The notes: generated by a model from the letters alone, not told the origin. A stretch of DNA of 64,000 nt from Guillardia theta CCMP2712 (GCF_000315625.1 NW_005434609.1:277864-341863), one strand, 5' to 3'. Shown: positions 36,908-49,650, numbered from the stretch's first letter. A program made the numbers and translations.

Positions 36908-37624
36908 ATGGATCTTGTGTTTGCGAAATGTGTTTCGAAATTCATGTTGGATGTTACAAAAGTGATCTGCGCGGAGTACTTGTATCGATACGATGATATG
37001 CGTGCTACCGTTCAAAGCCTCGGTGTTCTCTATCGTGCTTGGAAGAATCTTTCTCCGTCCAAGAAGCTGACGAACCGTTATGCGCTGCGGCTTATCGAGT
37101 CTGAGTTGCAAACGCTTACGATATACTTTGATGAGGAGCATATCCGTGATGTGTATATGATGACGCGCGGTATGTACATTGAGGGGCAGCTTCCTGACCA
37201 AGTTTTGGAACTTCTGGAAGGAGCCAAGTATGAGAATGCGAACGTCGAGGTGGAGAGTCTGACACGCACGATCACTGGGCGCGATGTTGAGTTTAGGTAC
37301 TTTATGGATCTGCTTGAAGAGTTGCGTGGGACCAGCTTACATTTGTACCGTGAGGTGCTGCGAGCGACTTTCGTGGAGGATGGTGGGTGTACTTTGGATC
37401 GACAGAACTTGCCTGAGGGTCAGACGAGTTATATCTGCTTTCAGCTGTCACGGATTTGCGGGAGTGGGTTGGACGAGGACCATGCTGCGAGGATCTTCTA
37501 CTCTCTGCTGATCATGATTGCGAGCACGTACGCGACGGACCTTGTGTATATGATGAGGGAGGAGCATAAGCTTGCGCGTTGCGATACGTTGTGTGAGTTG
37601 GTGGATAATATCAAGACGATCTGA
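36908..37624 (+). CDS. intronless orphan protein (238 aa)
   Basis: ATG at 36908, complex globular-looking sequence, many T-ending codons unlike most flanking genes, AATAAA at 37645-37650. Confidence 0.65.
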   Translation: MDLVFAKCVSKFMLDVTKVICAEYLYRYDDMRATVQSLGVLYRAWKNLSPSKKLTNRYALRLIESELQTLTIYFDEEHIRDVYMMTRGMYIEGQLPDQVLELLEGAKYENANVEVESLTRTITGRDVEFRYFMDLLEELRGTSLHLYREVLRATFVEDGGCTLDRQNLPEGQTSYICFQLSRICGSGLDEDHAARIFYSLLIMIASTYATDLVYMMREEHKLARCDTLCELVDNIKTI

Positions 37625-39646
37625 CGGAATTCAATAGTGTGTGAAATAAATGAATGGTGTTGCCTCTATCTCTCTGTCTCCTCCCCCTTGATGTCCTTGC
37701 GCCGCTGCATGCAGCATGAAGGAGGTCGATATGGGGCGCAACGTGCTGGTGGTTTCGGGGAAGTCGTGGGACTTGGCGCGTACCGGTAGTCCCTGCTGTA
37801 AGGACATGATTCAACACCGTGCCTTGTGAGGAGAGGTGCTACTGCAGTTGGTTCCAGCCTGTGGGGAAGGGTGTGGCAGACCAGTTCCCTGCCATCCGGA
37901 TCGGGGAGCGGTAATTCACGCTCAGCCTGCGGATCGAGAAGGCTGTTCTGGCATGTGCGGCTGACGAAGAACTTTGTGAACTTCTGCTGCGACAGCTACG
38001 AGGTTCATGGTGGGTGATCAATGTGGCCCCGAGGCGTTTGTATTTCGACATTGCCACTGATAGCGCCCTGCCAGGCTGAACCGTTAGGCGATGAGGGCCA
38101 AGACCGTCGGTGCATCCAAGCCTGCGAGCAAGCGGGTGCGTTTCGACAAGCAGTCGGGATGTCAGCTAGGTGACTGTATTCTGTCTCAGTGAGTCGGAGG
38201 CGGAGGATCATATGGTCCAGCACCTCTTCCCTTCCATGACCGGGGACAAGATGAGCTTCGTGACGAGCATGAATCACTTTTACGAAAAGCCTGGTGCCAC
38301 GGACGGGCCGGGTGAGAAACGCGGCTGCCATGGAGAGGGAGTCTGTTGGTCAAGAACGGTGCCCCCGGTTACGGCTGAGTGTTGGAGGCTAGTTACACGT
38401 ACTGCAGGCAGCATGGCGAAAGGATGAGGCCCGGGGTGAGCCTCCTCGTGGTAATCCGTTGCGGCATGAAGCTTCGCCGACCGACAGGGACCCCGGCTGA
38501 CCGAAGGTGAGATCGGACCGTTGGACCGCGGCTTGGTTGCCTACAGGAGATGATGCATGGATGGCGATCGCACTGAGAGAGGACAAAGTCAGACGTATGC
38601 AGACAATATCCAGAGCACGTAGTGTAGAGCATATACAGTTCGTCCCGTCAGTAATGAAATCATTGTTGAATTCGTACATGTGCGTTCAGACCTCAGTCGG
38701 AAATGCAATGTTGGAAATGATGGGAAGGTCTCGCCACGAGGAAATATGCGGTGGCAGGTTGTGATGATACACTCGCTCAAGTACTATTTGAGAAGATGGT
38801 AACCTGCTTATCTGGATTTACCAAGGATCTTTGTAGCCTTGCACACGAAGGAAATCGATCTTGAATCAATTTGAGCATAACCTCCATTTACTTTCCGTAG
38901 CAAGGTTGAGTTGCCTTGATTCTGCGATTCGAAGATGAAGCATATTGAGGTATGTAGAATCCTTAGTAGTGGCTGCCAACAAATGCTGCGACCTGCACTT
39001 CTGTTCAGAAGGATGATAGGGAAAATATTAAGTTGACATGTCACCTGACAGAATAACATACATAGAACTTGAAGTTCAACACATGAGCACCGCTACTTAG
39101 AAACCGTCTGCTCCAAACTTCAGTCAGTAAGGTAACGTAGATCAGAAACAAAATCTTGTCATTTTCGTTTTCTCATGTCTCTGCTTCCACGCTGGCGCGT
39201 CCATTGGAGCCAGGTCAGGCTGGAAACTACGTGAACAGTTCACCTGCACCAGTTCACAAGCATGAAGATTGCTTGCAAGCAGCAACTTACAGGCTTGCCA
39301 GCCGCGACCGACACTTTGTGTTGCATTTTCAGTTGGGGCGTGATATCAATCTTGCTGGCCAGTCAAACTAGGGGTGAATTTTAACATTCCATTATTGTTT
39401 ACAATTAAGTTGTATGCATAAATTGTTATAACGAGCTCTTAGATGCAAGATCGAAAATACTCTTTTTCCATCTTCACCTCTCTATTTGTTGAAAAGACTT
39501 TATTTCAGAATGCAAGTTTACCACATTACAACCGGTCCTTTGCTGCATAAACACCCACCCCTTTGCATAAGACTTTTTCCTTGTCTCAATTCATATCTAC
39601 CAGCCTCCCCACAGAAAGACGTACCGCACCTTACTCTCTTCCCGTC

Positions 39647-40594
39647 ATGTACACCCGCATCAAAGTCTTCCCCAGAAAAAAGGCCGGCCAGCAGGAGAAG
39701 AACAAGCCCTTCTACCTCTCCACCCTCGACCTCACCGCCATGTTCCACCTCAGCCTTCAAGCCGCCGCCGACGAGCTGGTGAGCCCCACGAGAGAGGAGC
39801 GAGGGGGACGAAGAGCTGACCCGAGCTTGTTGGAGCAGGGGATCTCGCTGACGGCCATGAAGAACACCTGCAAGAAGCTGGGCGTGAGATGGCCGACCCA
39901 GCACGAGCGGCAGCGCCTGCAGGAGGAGCGGGAGGCGGGAGGGCTGGAGGCGGTTGTGCTTGCCAGGCGACGGCCGGTGGGGGGTGGAGGGGCTGAGGCA
40001 GGAGAACAGGGAGGGAGGGCAGGACAGCTTGAGCAGCTCGTGCAGGCAGAGGATGCGGAGGGGAGAGATGATGACGAGGACGGAGACGAGGACGAGGACG
40101 GAGCTGAGGACGAGGACGAGAAGGAGGATATTCACGAGGGACCGCAGGCAAGAGCTGCAGTCATGCAGATGCCGATGACACTACAAGAGCAAGTGAGGGG
40201 GAGCTGGGTAGGGAGCAGTGGGATAGGGGCAGCCTACCATGCACCGACACTGGGAGTAGGAAGTGACAACATGGCAAGGTCGATGAGATATCCAGTGGCT
40301 GGGACTGCAGGTCAAGAAACAGAAAGCAGAGCTTGGCATCATGGAGGCGGCACCATCCCATGGGCGGGGGGGGATGCCGTCTTGTCAGAAGGAATGCAAA
40401 CGAATTCATTTGAGTCAGGGCATGCATGGACTAACAATGTAGGAGAAGCTGGATATTGTGATATGAGTGGGGCTCAGGGCTATGGCTACGGATGGATGAG
40501 TGAGGTTGGACCGGGAGGAGAGCCAGGCGTTCAGTGCTGGATGCCTTCCAATGATATTTACCAAGAGCAAAAGCGAAGAAATCTGATGCCTTGA
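39647..40594 (+). CDS. RWP-RK domain transcription factor (copy 2)
   Basis: N-terminal ~330 bp near-identical to copy 1, including the 60-nt intron 39779-39838; acidic insert; divergent C-terminus. Confidence 0.88.
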   Translation: MYTRIKVFPRKKAGQQEKNKPFYLSTLDLTAMFHLSLQAAADELVSPTREERGGRRADPSLLEQGISLTAMKNTCKKLGVRWPTQHERQRLQEEREAGGLEAVVLARRRPVGGGGAEAGEQGGRAGQLEQLVQAEDAEGRDDDEDGDEDEDGAEDEDEKEDIHEGPQARAAVMQMPMTLQEQVRGSWVGSSGIGAAYHAPTLGVGSDNMARSMRYPVAGTAGQETESRAWHHGGGTIPWAGGDAVLSEGMQTNSFESGHAWTNNVGEAGYCDMSGAQGYGYGWMSEVGPGGEPGVQCWMPSNDIYQEQKRRNLMP

Positions 40595-41219
40595 AATTCA
40601 GATCGGAGGTTGTGATAGGATAGTATATCCTCCGCTGTTTCTTGGAAAGGAAGACTTTCAGTCAGATCGTTTCTCCTGCTAGTTTTCTCGAGACTGCATG
40701 ATTTCACTTCTTGAATACCTATTCCTTTTTCACTTGCATACTTACATCAATTGTGTCCTCCCAATCCAGTCGTGTCAAGCCCAGAAATTTCTCTATGGCC
40801 GTTTCTGCGTGAGTTCTTTTCAAATTCGAAGCACTCTCACGACATGAAATAGGATCTGTTGTATACACAACAGAGTATCCGACGAGTATCCATGTGTTTC
40901 CGGATAGGCAAGGGTTGTAACCCCAATATGTGCATCCTTTGCAGCCTGCAGATGACTCTCTTCAAGTTGCATTGGCATGCCAGCAGGAGCCGTAAACTCA
41001 ACACAAGGCTTATGTGTCGATTTAGCCTAGCGAGAGGTCTTTGGACTTAGTTTCAGTGCACCTCTTGTCAGTCTTTTTCTAGACAGGATCGTAATCTTGT
41101 GGTTTCAACAAGGCGACTGATATTTTTTGCAATCAGTTCACATTCAGTAACCATTGAATGGTTCAACGGTTAATGCGCTGCATTCTGCATACTCGGCACT
41201 GACACTCCACTCAGCTTGA

Positions 41220-41675
41220 TGAGTTTTGTCGTACGCCGGGCCGCGCCTACCTGTCACTGTGCTGTCACGTTTGACCTGCCCGTTATTTGGGTGCTCTAAA
41301 GTTCAGTGGATTTCCGCCGGGCCGGACTCGGAGCTCGTCCGAGGCTCAGGTTTCCACTCATAAGACTCACTGAGTCAGCTGCCAGTTGCTCCGAGCGAGT
41401 CAGTGTCGGACCCCGGCGAAACACTGGGCTGCCGCGTGCGGGGCGCCGGCCCTTGTCGGAAGGCCGTTGGCAGTGTAGTAAGTCCCGACCCGGGCGGGCG
41501 GTCCGATCGGACGGTACTACGGTAGGCGGCCGCGGCCCCGTCGGCGGCCGCCGCCTGGGGGCGGGCGGCGGCCTCAGTGATGACTCACGGCGGTATCAGA
41601 TCCGAAGGCATCGGTGAGCCGCGCGGCCGCCGCCGCGCGGTCAGTCTGACTCGGAGTCAGATCCGATCATCATTT
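41220..41675. repeat. GC-rich mosaic intergenic tract
   Basis: CCGG/TCAGTGA/GACTC/CGGTAC word composition. Confidence 0.55.
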
Positions 41676-42052
41676 CATTGAGCTCTTTATTGACTGAAAA
41701 AGCCTCGGAAGGACAAACCGGAGCAAACAAAGGAGGGGAGGATAGAGCCAACAAACCCGCCTCAATAAAATACTAGGAAACGAAGGAGGCAGCGAAAACC
41801 GGCACTCCAACCACGCAAGCCGCCGACGGCATCATTTCCGTCAGAACCGTTGAAAGAGTTGACAGGCGGCGTCAACCTTTCATTTTCACTTTTAGACTAC
41901 CCACCCTTTGAGGCACAAAAGTTGCTCCAGTAGTCACCGTACCCCTATTCTGCCGTCAAACAAGATGAGAAATGTTAGGGTGGGTGCTGATACAACCCAC
42001 CAGACACAAACTGCTACACTACCCCCTACATTTTTACAACCCTACTACGACA

Positions 42053-43439
42053 ATGGTCGATGGGATCGAACTTTATTGTTGGATCATGAAAGGCGATGAT
42101 TATGAGAAAGTAGACGAAGGAATGGAAGTCAAGATAGTGAAGTTAGAGATAAAACCAACCTTGAACGAGTTGGAGAGCACGTCGGAGGTCGGAACTGATG
42201 ACTCTAGTTCCCTGGGCTCGGATCAACATGATCGACGAACTTGCAAGCATAAAGCAAGAGTCTCATGTTTAGTAGATGCACTGCCAGCTTCCCTGCTCTG
42301 AGTCTACATGAATCTCGAAAAAAATTTGGTAGATCATCAGATATCATGCCAGAAAAACAATAGCATATGCATACATGATTGCAGCATGAGAAAGACAAGT
42401 ATATGAAATGTGCTGATTTGATTATTTCCAGAATTCGAATTCATGCGGTCATCATCGACGTCAGAATTTTGTTGTGATCATAACACCCAAGCCAATCATA
42501 GCGAAAAAGCTGTCTTGACGAAGCATAGCCCATGGACCAGACAGGTAGAGCATTTCGTTTCATTTCACACATTCATGAAATTTGCTCCATGCTAGTTTCT
42601 CTGTCCAAGACCGCTGTCGCTAGCTAGCAACACCGCGAAACGACGACTCTTATTCTGCTTGACGGAGCAGGTGAGTGTTACGAACAAGGATGGAAATTTT
42701 TTCAATGAGTCCTCGGATCTTACAGGACCGAGTGGAGGCTGATGAGGCCAAGAAGACGAAGCGAGATCGTCTTGAAGCTCGAGTCAAAAGGTGACTTGTC
42801 TGTGGGCTGACGCAACTGCTGAACATTTATGTACTTTGCCTCAGTTGGTTGATGTCCACTCAAGATCCTTACTCTGCTTTTGGACGCAAATCAAAGGATG
42901 TCATTGTCGATGTCGACGGCGATGTCGACGGCGACGGCGATGGCGATGGCGATGGCGATGGCGATGGCGATGGCGATGGCGACGGCGACGGCGATGGCGA
43001 CGGCGATGGCGATGGCGATGCAGAAAGTGAAGATGTCGATGCTTTGATGTCAAGAAGATCATTCTCTAAGTCTCAGATCACTGGGATCGAGAGCTCCTGT
43101 AGTGGGATCACACCTTCGTGCTCTTTAGTGTTGGAGCGACATGATTCGAATTCGGACAGTTCAATACCTGCTGCAAAAACAAGAAGAGTTTTCAGCCAAA
43201 TAGAGTGTGCAAAACGAGATAGCTATCAGGAAGCGAGACATTCCTGCTGTGCAGTGGACTCGCAAGGTTTGATTGAAAACTCTGCGATGATACGCAAAAC
43301 ACACTCTCAGAAATTCTGCCAGAGCACAGTGATCACGCTGCTTGATCAGGAAGGGATGAATCATATCCAAAACGGAGAGTATTTGGATTTTTACGTGAAG
43401 TTCAGTAAGCTGCGAAAAGATTCGTCGCAACTCTGCTAG
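42053..43439 (+). CDS. hypothetical protein with an (Asp-Gly)n tract, multi-exon
   Basis: ATG at 42053, GT-AG-bounded internal exons, last open exon 42849-43439 with a (GA[T/C]GGC)n repeat at about 42915-43021. Confidence 0.5.
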
Positions 43440-43668
43440 TCAAAGGCATCATAGAGGAAATAAGATGATAATGTCTTGCTCATACAGAATTTGTTGATTG
43501 TTGTTTCTGTTCTGCTTTAAAAAAACTCTCTCACCAAGATTTTAAATTTCTTACTTAATTTTTTTTGACAAGCATGTAGTTTTGCATTAAGGCATACAAT
43601 TCAAGTGTGCAAAAGAACGAATTGTCTGAGTTGAGCGCACCATGAAATGGATAACCTTTGATTTAAAG

Positions 43669-44325
43669 TCATGCAGAATGCATGAAGTATTGTTGCGCCC
43701 TAGATCATATTCGAACGTCACACCATGATGAATTCTGGTGGATCTAGTCGACTCTATCTTACCTGTCCTCAAAGGGATGGTCTAGAGTTTCTGCCATTTC
43801 GCGCAATGGCAGAAGGTCCATAGGGTAACTGCTCTGTACATTCACGCCTGGAAGCCTCCCTTCTTCTCCCTCCCTCACTTCCCAGAACCAAGGTTCTTTC
43901 CTCCATTGCACATAGTCGTCGTCAAGCGCGAATTTGTGCAACCCAAACTCGTTGACCGGAGCTCGTGCAGGTCTGGCAACCCCGGGGATTTGCATTGCCC
44001 ATGGCTTCCCCGCTATCATCCCTCCCTCCCCCGCTCTTGAGCTGCCTGCTCCTCCACTCAACTTTGCTCTGGGAGGCAGCTTCCCTCCATCGGCGTTTGG
44101 GTCCGCCTTGTACCATTCTAGCAGCTCTGCTTGTCCAGGTGATCGTCCCCCAGAGGGTCTGGCCGACTGTTGAGCAGAGCCCCAGCTCGAAGTCGCTATA
44201 TGAAGAGCCATCAACACGAGCATGAAGAGCATGATCACTGGCCCGGCTACTAGTGCCGCAGGGCCCTTCGAGCTTCTTCGAACTCCTCCGCCGCCCTCCT
44301 GCAACCGTCGCATCCCTCCCACCAT
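43669..44325 (-). CDS. hypothetical type II membrane or secreted protein, 2 exons
   Basis: Signal-anchor ALVAGPVIMLFMLVLMALHIA; 188-aa exon ending at a GTAAG donor; last exon AQQYFMHSA*. Confidence 0.65.
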
Positions 44326-44359
44326 GTTCGACGCGGCTCTTCGTTGACTTATATAATCG

Positions 44360-46860
44360 TCTCCCGGTCAGTCCCGGAAGTTCCGGCGGGGGGACTTGAT
44401 CAGTGATCTCAGTGACTGCGGCAGTGACGGTGGTACCCCCGGGCCCGCCTGCGGCCCGGGCCCGGTGACCGTGGCCCGCCCGGGCCCCCTCGGCGGTCTC
44501 CGCTGCCAGTCATTTGAACCAATTCGGCGACGACAGGTGAGTGGCCGCGGCGCCCTTGCGCCGCCCGGCTAAACTTCAGAAACTGAGTCGCCGGGCGGGG
44601 GATCATCCGATGCTGGACTCCCACGGTCGGGCCAGCGGCAGTCGGATGGTCGGGAGTCCGATGTTCGAGTTTAGTCACTGAGTACAGTCCGATCATCAAA
44701 ACGTCCTGAGGGGGACCCGGAGCCTTCTAATCAGTCTGAGGGGTGGTATCAAATTTGTGGCGATCAGGGGGTGGGGTTGTATCAAACGGGTAAGGAATGT
44801 AGTAAAATTGGGAGGAAATAGTCGGGGTGGGTGGGTGGCATAATAATAAGGGGTAGCTTTCCAAAGAGTCACGGATCTGGGAGGGCGGAGTCAAGAGGTA
44901 TGATTAAATAACTTAGTGTAGCAATAATAAAATCTTTGTGCTATATGGGTATCCATGCAGCTCAAGTTAAAGTGTGTTCTGTGCATGGGAGGGTAGTTTC
45001 AAGCAGATCTGGGAGCAAACGAGAGCTATGATACATAGTGGGGCTTCTAAACTTATGATGTTACTTATGAAATAGCTCAGGTAGTGTAGTAGGAGCTGAT
45101 GTCCCTTGCACCCGTTCAGTAAAGAGGGTCGTCATAGTCGGATACAAACAGGGGCTCCAGGAAGGGATATCCATCGCGGGTAGGGGTACAGAAGTCCATG
45201 GAAAGTACCGGTCATTTCAAGAAGATTTGACTATGAAGAAGGGGGTGACTGTGAAACGTGGGAGCGAAACATGGGTAGGGGTGAAGAGGGGGTGGAGGGC
45301 TGTGCGGTCTCCAGAAGTGGGGGAAGGTCCGTGAAAGGTCGGAAGGACACGGGATATGCGAATTTCGGGGGTGAAAAGTTGAGGGGGTAGGGTTATTGTA
45401 GGTTTAGATCTGACGGATCCCCAACATATGTATGGTGAAACCTTCAAGAAGGTAGGGGTGATGATACAAGTTGAGGGTAGTGGAGAGAGATGGTGGGGTG
45501 GTATGTTTTTTTTTTACGAGTAGGGGTTCCATCTCCAGAAAAAAAACTTTAATGGCAAGCATGATTGAAATTTACTTACATCATCAATTTGGTACAGTAT
45601 TCTGTACTAAATTTGTTGAGATTGGTATCAATGTTCTTTCTCAGGTACTCTTTGATCCTTTATCTCATTGTATCTTGGTATTGTTTGATACTTTTACAAT
45701 AGTACTTTTAAGCACGGAAATAGAACCTAATAATTAAACCCTATTTGGGATGTCAGCAGTTCGCTGGGTCGGGGATCGTTCGGGATGAGGGGTGGTTCGG
45801 GGATGAGGGGCCGGGTTCCGAAGTCGGGCCGCGCCAGCCTGCTGGGCTCGGGCCAGGGCCCGGGCGGCCGGTCACCGGGTGTGCCGCCCGGAGTCGGGGC
45901 CCTCATGAGGGGCAGCACGTGTCCGGCCGGGTCACTGTACTGACACCGTGACTGTGTAAGGCTTCCGGCGAGGCTTCCGACCGTCGGACCGTCGGACACC
46001 CGTCTGTCCGCCGGGTCACGCCGGGTGCCGGACTCTGAAGCCTGCGCGGCAGGCCCACTGTCGATCATCTCCCCGGTGGGCCAGGCCGGGGGCCCGGTGA
46101 CGTCCGATCCAAATTGAACCACTGACTCACAGGTAAAGGACTCTTCACTGGCATAGACCGTTCGACGATATGACCAACTCAGGCTCAGTCTCATCACTGC
46201 CAGTGATGGCTGGCCCGATGTTTCGGCCCGGCCTGCTAGGCCGCACTACTTAGTGACGCCGGGTCCTCAGGGCCTGTCTGCCAGTGCGAACATGCTTTCG
46301 AACCATCCGATGATCAGTGGCGATTTTCAACCGATCCGACGTTAGGCTGATGTTTAGTAATGGAAGTAAACTTAGTAGACTGCATCAAACCAGGATCTCC
46401 AACCAGATCAATGATTTTCAGCATAAGTGTTCGTAACCCGGTGACCAGGCCAGGCTCGCGCCGGGGCGGACTGACTTGCCGGCCGGACTCCCTGCCGCGT
46501 GCGGCGGTCACGAGTCGAGTCCCGGGCCGCCGGGCGGTCACCGTGCAGCGTCACGGCGGCCAGAGTCCGCGGCGCGGCCGGGCGGCGGACTCTCCGACGG
46601 TCACGCAGTCAGCGGCAGTGCGGCCGGCGGCTGCCAGCTGAGTGGGCCAGTGGCTGTTGAACTCGAGTCTCGGACTCCATCAGACCTTGCCCGGGGCCGC
46701 ACGGTACCGCCCGGCCGCCATCATTGTGATCTCCCTGCGGCGGCTAGTGTAACCGTAGAGAATCACAGAGTACTAATTAGCCAGTGTGACTTTAGTATGA
46801 TCTCCGCAGCGGCCCGTCCTAAGTTCAGCCTGTAAAGGCTTCAAGTACGGTCAGAGCGGT
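44360..46860. repeat. composite intergenic block: GC mosaic, GGGGTAG-rich tract, AT-rich stretch, GC mosaic
   Basis: 44360-44700 GC mosaic, 44710-45540 GGGGT-rich, 45540-45750 AT-rich, 45750-46860 GC mosaic. Confidence 0.55.
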
Positions 46861-46873
46861 ACCTCAGCCTCCG

Positions 46874-48263
46874 CTAGTGTAGCCGCTTGTATGAGGCCCA
46901 CAGCTCGTCTTTTCTCTCGAACTCAGCTCTGAACGGGAGCAGCACCTTGGTGCGCATGCCAGGGCCAACGAACCACTTCTCCTCCGCAAGCTCGTCGAGG
47001 TTGGTGTACTTCATGCCATGCATGAGGATCATATCCTCCTCCAAGTTGAAGTCGGTGTAGAGAGGAGGGAGGCGCACGGAGTAGGCGTAGGGGTCAAAGC
47101 AGAGGCCAGCATCGAGCTTGTCTGGCTGCGGCCGCATCCATGCTGAGTTCTGAGCATTGAGAGGTCCCATCTCTGTAACGTCCATCCAGGAATGCCGACA
47201 GGTGGAGGGGATCACTTGCTGCTGCTCGACATGCCGACGGAAAAGTTCCTCGGATGGCTTGAAGAAGAGGAGTGCGCCATTGAGACATCGAGCAGCCCCC
47301 ACCCACGCCTTGATGCCGTTGGCTTGGCAGCCCGTGAAGTGCTGGAGCTTGAGGAAGAGAGGAGCAGGATCCTTGTAGAAGACTGAGTCAGCATCTACGA
47401 AGAGGATCTTGCTGTACTGCGTCATCTTGAGGGCCCAGAACTTCATGAACTGATCCTTGTAGACCGGATCAATGGTGTCTACACCCCACCTGGGGATGAT
47501 GGTAGGGACCTTGTTGACGATGAAGCCATGGCGCTCAAAGAAGCCGGAGAACCGATCGAAGGAAGGGTCGCTCTTGGCCAGCAGTACCAGATCGATGTTC
47601 TTTCTCTGCTTCTTCCACTCTGACCTGTACTTGTTGATGCTGTCAGCAAGCAAGCAGGCCAGCACGGCGTATTTCGTCCTCTGCGTTTCCAGGACAGCGA
47701 GCAGAGTAACGATGGCAAACCGCTCCGACGCCAGGGGAGGGAGAGCGCGGGGCTCTGCTGCTGCCTGTAGCGGCTGCAACGAATGATTCCCAACCGTCAC
47801 TGCTGGTGACGCAGGAGAATCGCTGCTGCGATTCACCTCTTGCAGGACCCTCTTCAGCAGCGGGGGGTTGCTGACAGTTGGGGAGAGAGCTACCTGCCCT
47901 GCCAGGGCATCGCTGCTGGAGTTGGCAACTCCCTGGCTATCTCTCAGGTGGGCCTGCCTTACGGGCAGGAAAGCTCCAGCTGCCACCACCACAGTCACAC
48001 GATGAGGAGCAAGGGATGCATGCACTACCTGTAGGAGCCCTCACAGAGTCGATCCTCTCCTGCTGGAGCCGCGTCCTTGCAGCCGTCAGTCCCGACCTCA
48101 TCGTCTGCTCCTCCCGCGACAGCAAGGAAGGTTGAGGTTCCTCTGGGAATTTCTGCCATAGGGGACGTAGCTCCGGCAGGGAAAGCCATTGGGTGGAGGA
48201 TAGGATGAAGAGAAAGAGGAACAGCAAGGGAAGGCGAGAAGTAACTGCCCATTGAGGAGACAT
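46874..48263 (-). CDS. glycosyltransferase family 8 (glycogenin-like), type II membrane
   Basis: FMKFWALKMTQYSKILFVDADSVF (DxD motif) and LNGALLFFKPS; N-terminal signal-anchor exon from ATG 48263 joined by a short intron near 47980-48028. Confidence 0.85.
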
Positions 48264-48687
48264 GGTGTCACATCAACTCCGAGGCATTAGAGGTTCAACG
48301 TTCACAATGTTCGAACTACGGAGGAATAGATGATCATCCTGCTAAGATTTATCGTTAGATTCTTTACCTTCATCACCATATTCTGCTTTCTCCCAATCTT
48401 CCTTCATTTCCATCCCAGCCTCCCTTCCAACTCCCTGACGTTTCCTTGTTCCTGCATCTCCCTCTTCCTCTTCCTCCCTCTGCCTCCCTTTCTCTCTCCC
48501 TCTCCCTCTCCCTCTCCCTCTCCCTCTCCCTCTCCCTCTCTTCCCCCCCCCCTCCCTCCCTCCCCTACTCCTCCACCACACGTCAGTCGTCGCCATGGCA
48601 GGTGAGTCTAGTCGCGGCCTAGTCTCGAAATTCCCGGGCCACTGCCAGGCCGGGATAAAGTGAGTCCGCCTCAGATATCCACGGTTC

Positions 48688-48728
48688 GTTTACTCAAAGT
48701 TAAGTTAAAAATTAGTACGAGGGCAATC
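48688..48728 (+). promoter_or_regulatory. copy of the recurrent 40-bp intergenic motif (function unknown)
   Basis: TTTACTCAAAGTTAAGTTAAAAATTAGTACGAGGGCAATC, between the divergent GT8 and K+ channel genes. Confidence 0.35.
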
Positions 48729-49650
48729 CTCCTGATCACTGTTACGGTCACGGTGGCCGTCCGGGCCGTCAACTTCGCCGGGCCCCCTAAGAGGTACAGC
48801 CGGCGGCCCCTCGGTACTGCAATTATTAGTCAACAACGTATTCAGGGGAATTGTTCGGTGTTTTTTTGAGTCTACCGTTTGACGATGGACCCGGTACTTG
48901 AAAAGCATTGACTGATTGTTTAACAGTACCAAACATTAGTCAAATAACGCTATCTTCCTACCAGTTGCATCGGGCTAAGATACGCGGCTGATGGCAAAAT
49001 GAAGGGGAGCGATGCAGTGAGTGAGAAGCGAGCAGAGCTGAGAGTGAGAAGAAACAAGTGTGAGCAATCATGTCGAGTTGCAGTGGTGATGAGGCTATTG
49101 GAAGATTGAATTCGGAGGATAGGAGGAGGAGGAGGAGGAGGAGGAGGACGAGGAAGAGGAGGGTGGGTGGGTGGATGGGGGCAGGGGACAGGAGAGGTGA
49201 CTGAGGAGGAGGAGTCATGTGGCGGTAGTGGCTCAGTAGAGGAAGATTGAATTTAGAGTTGAGGTGCTGCTATCACCGCAAAGAGACTTGTCGGAGGCAT
49301 GTGCAGAGGAGAGCGCTAGGAAAAGGAAGAAACCAATGATCAGCAGAAGAGTTGCAAGGTTGTGAATCAAGGAGGATGAGAGGATTAGATGAGAGTCATA
49401 GTAGATGGAGTACGCGCACGTATAGTTGATCACGGAGAGATGATCAGAATTGTTTGTTTCACTGGTGAATGAATAAGAGGAAGTGAAAGAAAAGCTGCTC
49501 TGCATCTCTGCTTCCCAGCAGCGGGTGAGTGTTGACATCAAGTGGCAGGTCGACATGCGCAGCTCACGTCGTCAGCTCTGGGTCAAGTCAGAGCCCGATG
49601 CGCAGCTGCTGGCGACCCATTGAGCTCCTGAGAGCGCGAGGAGCGCAAGG

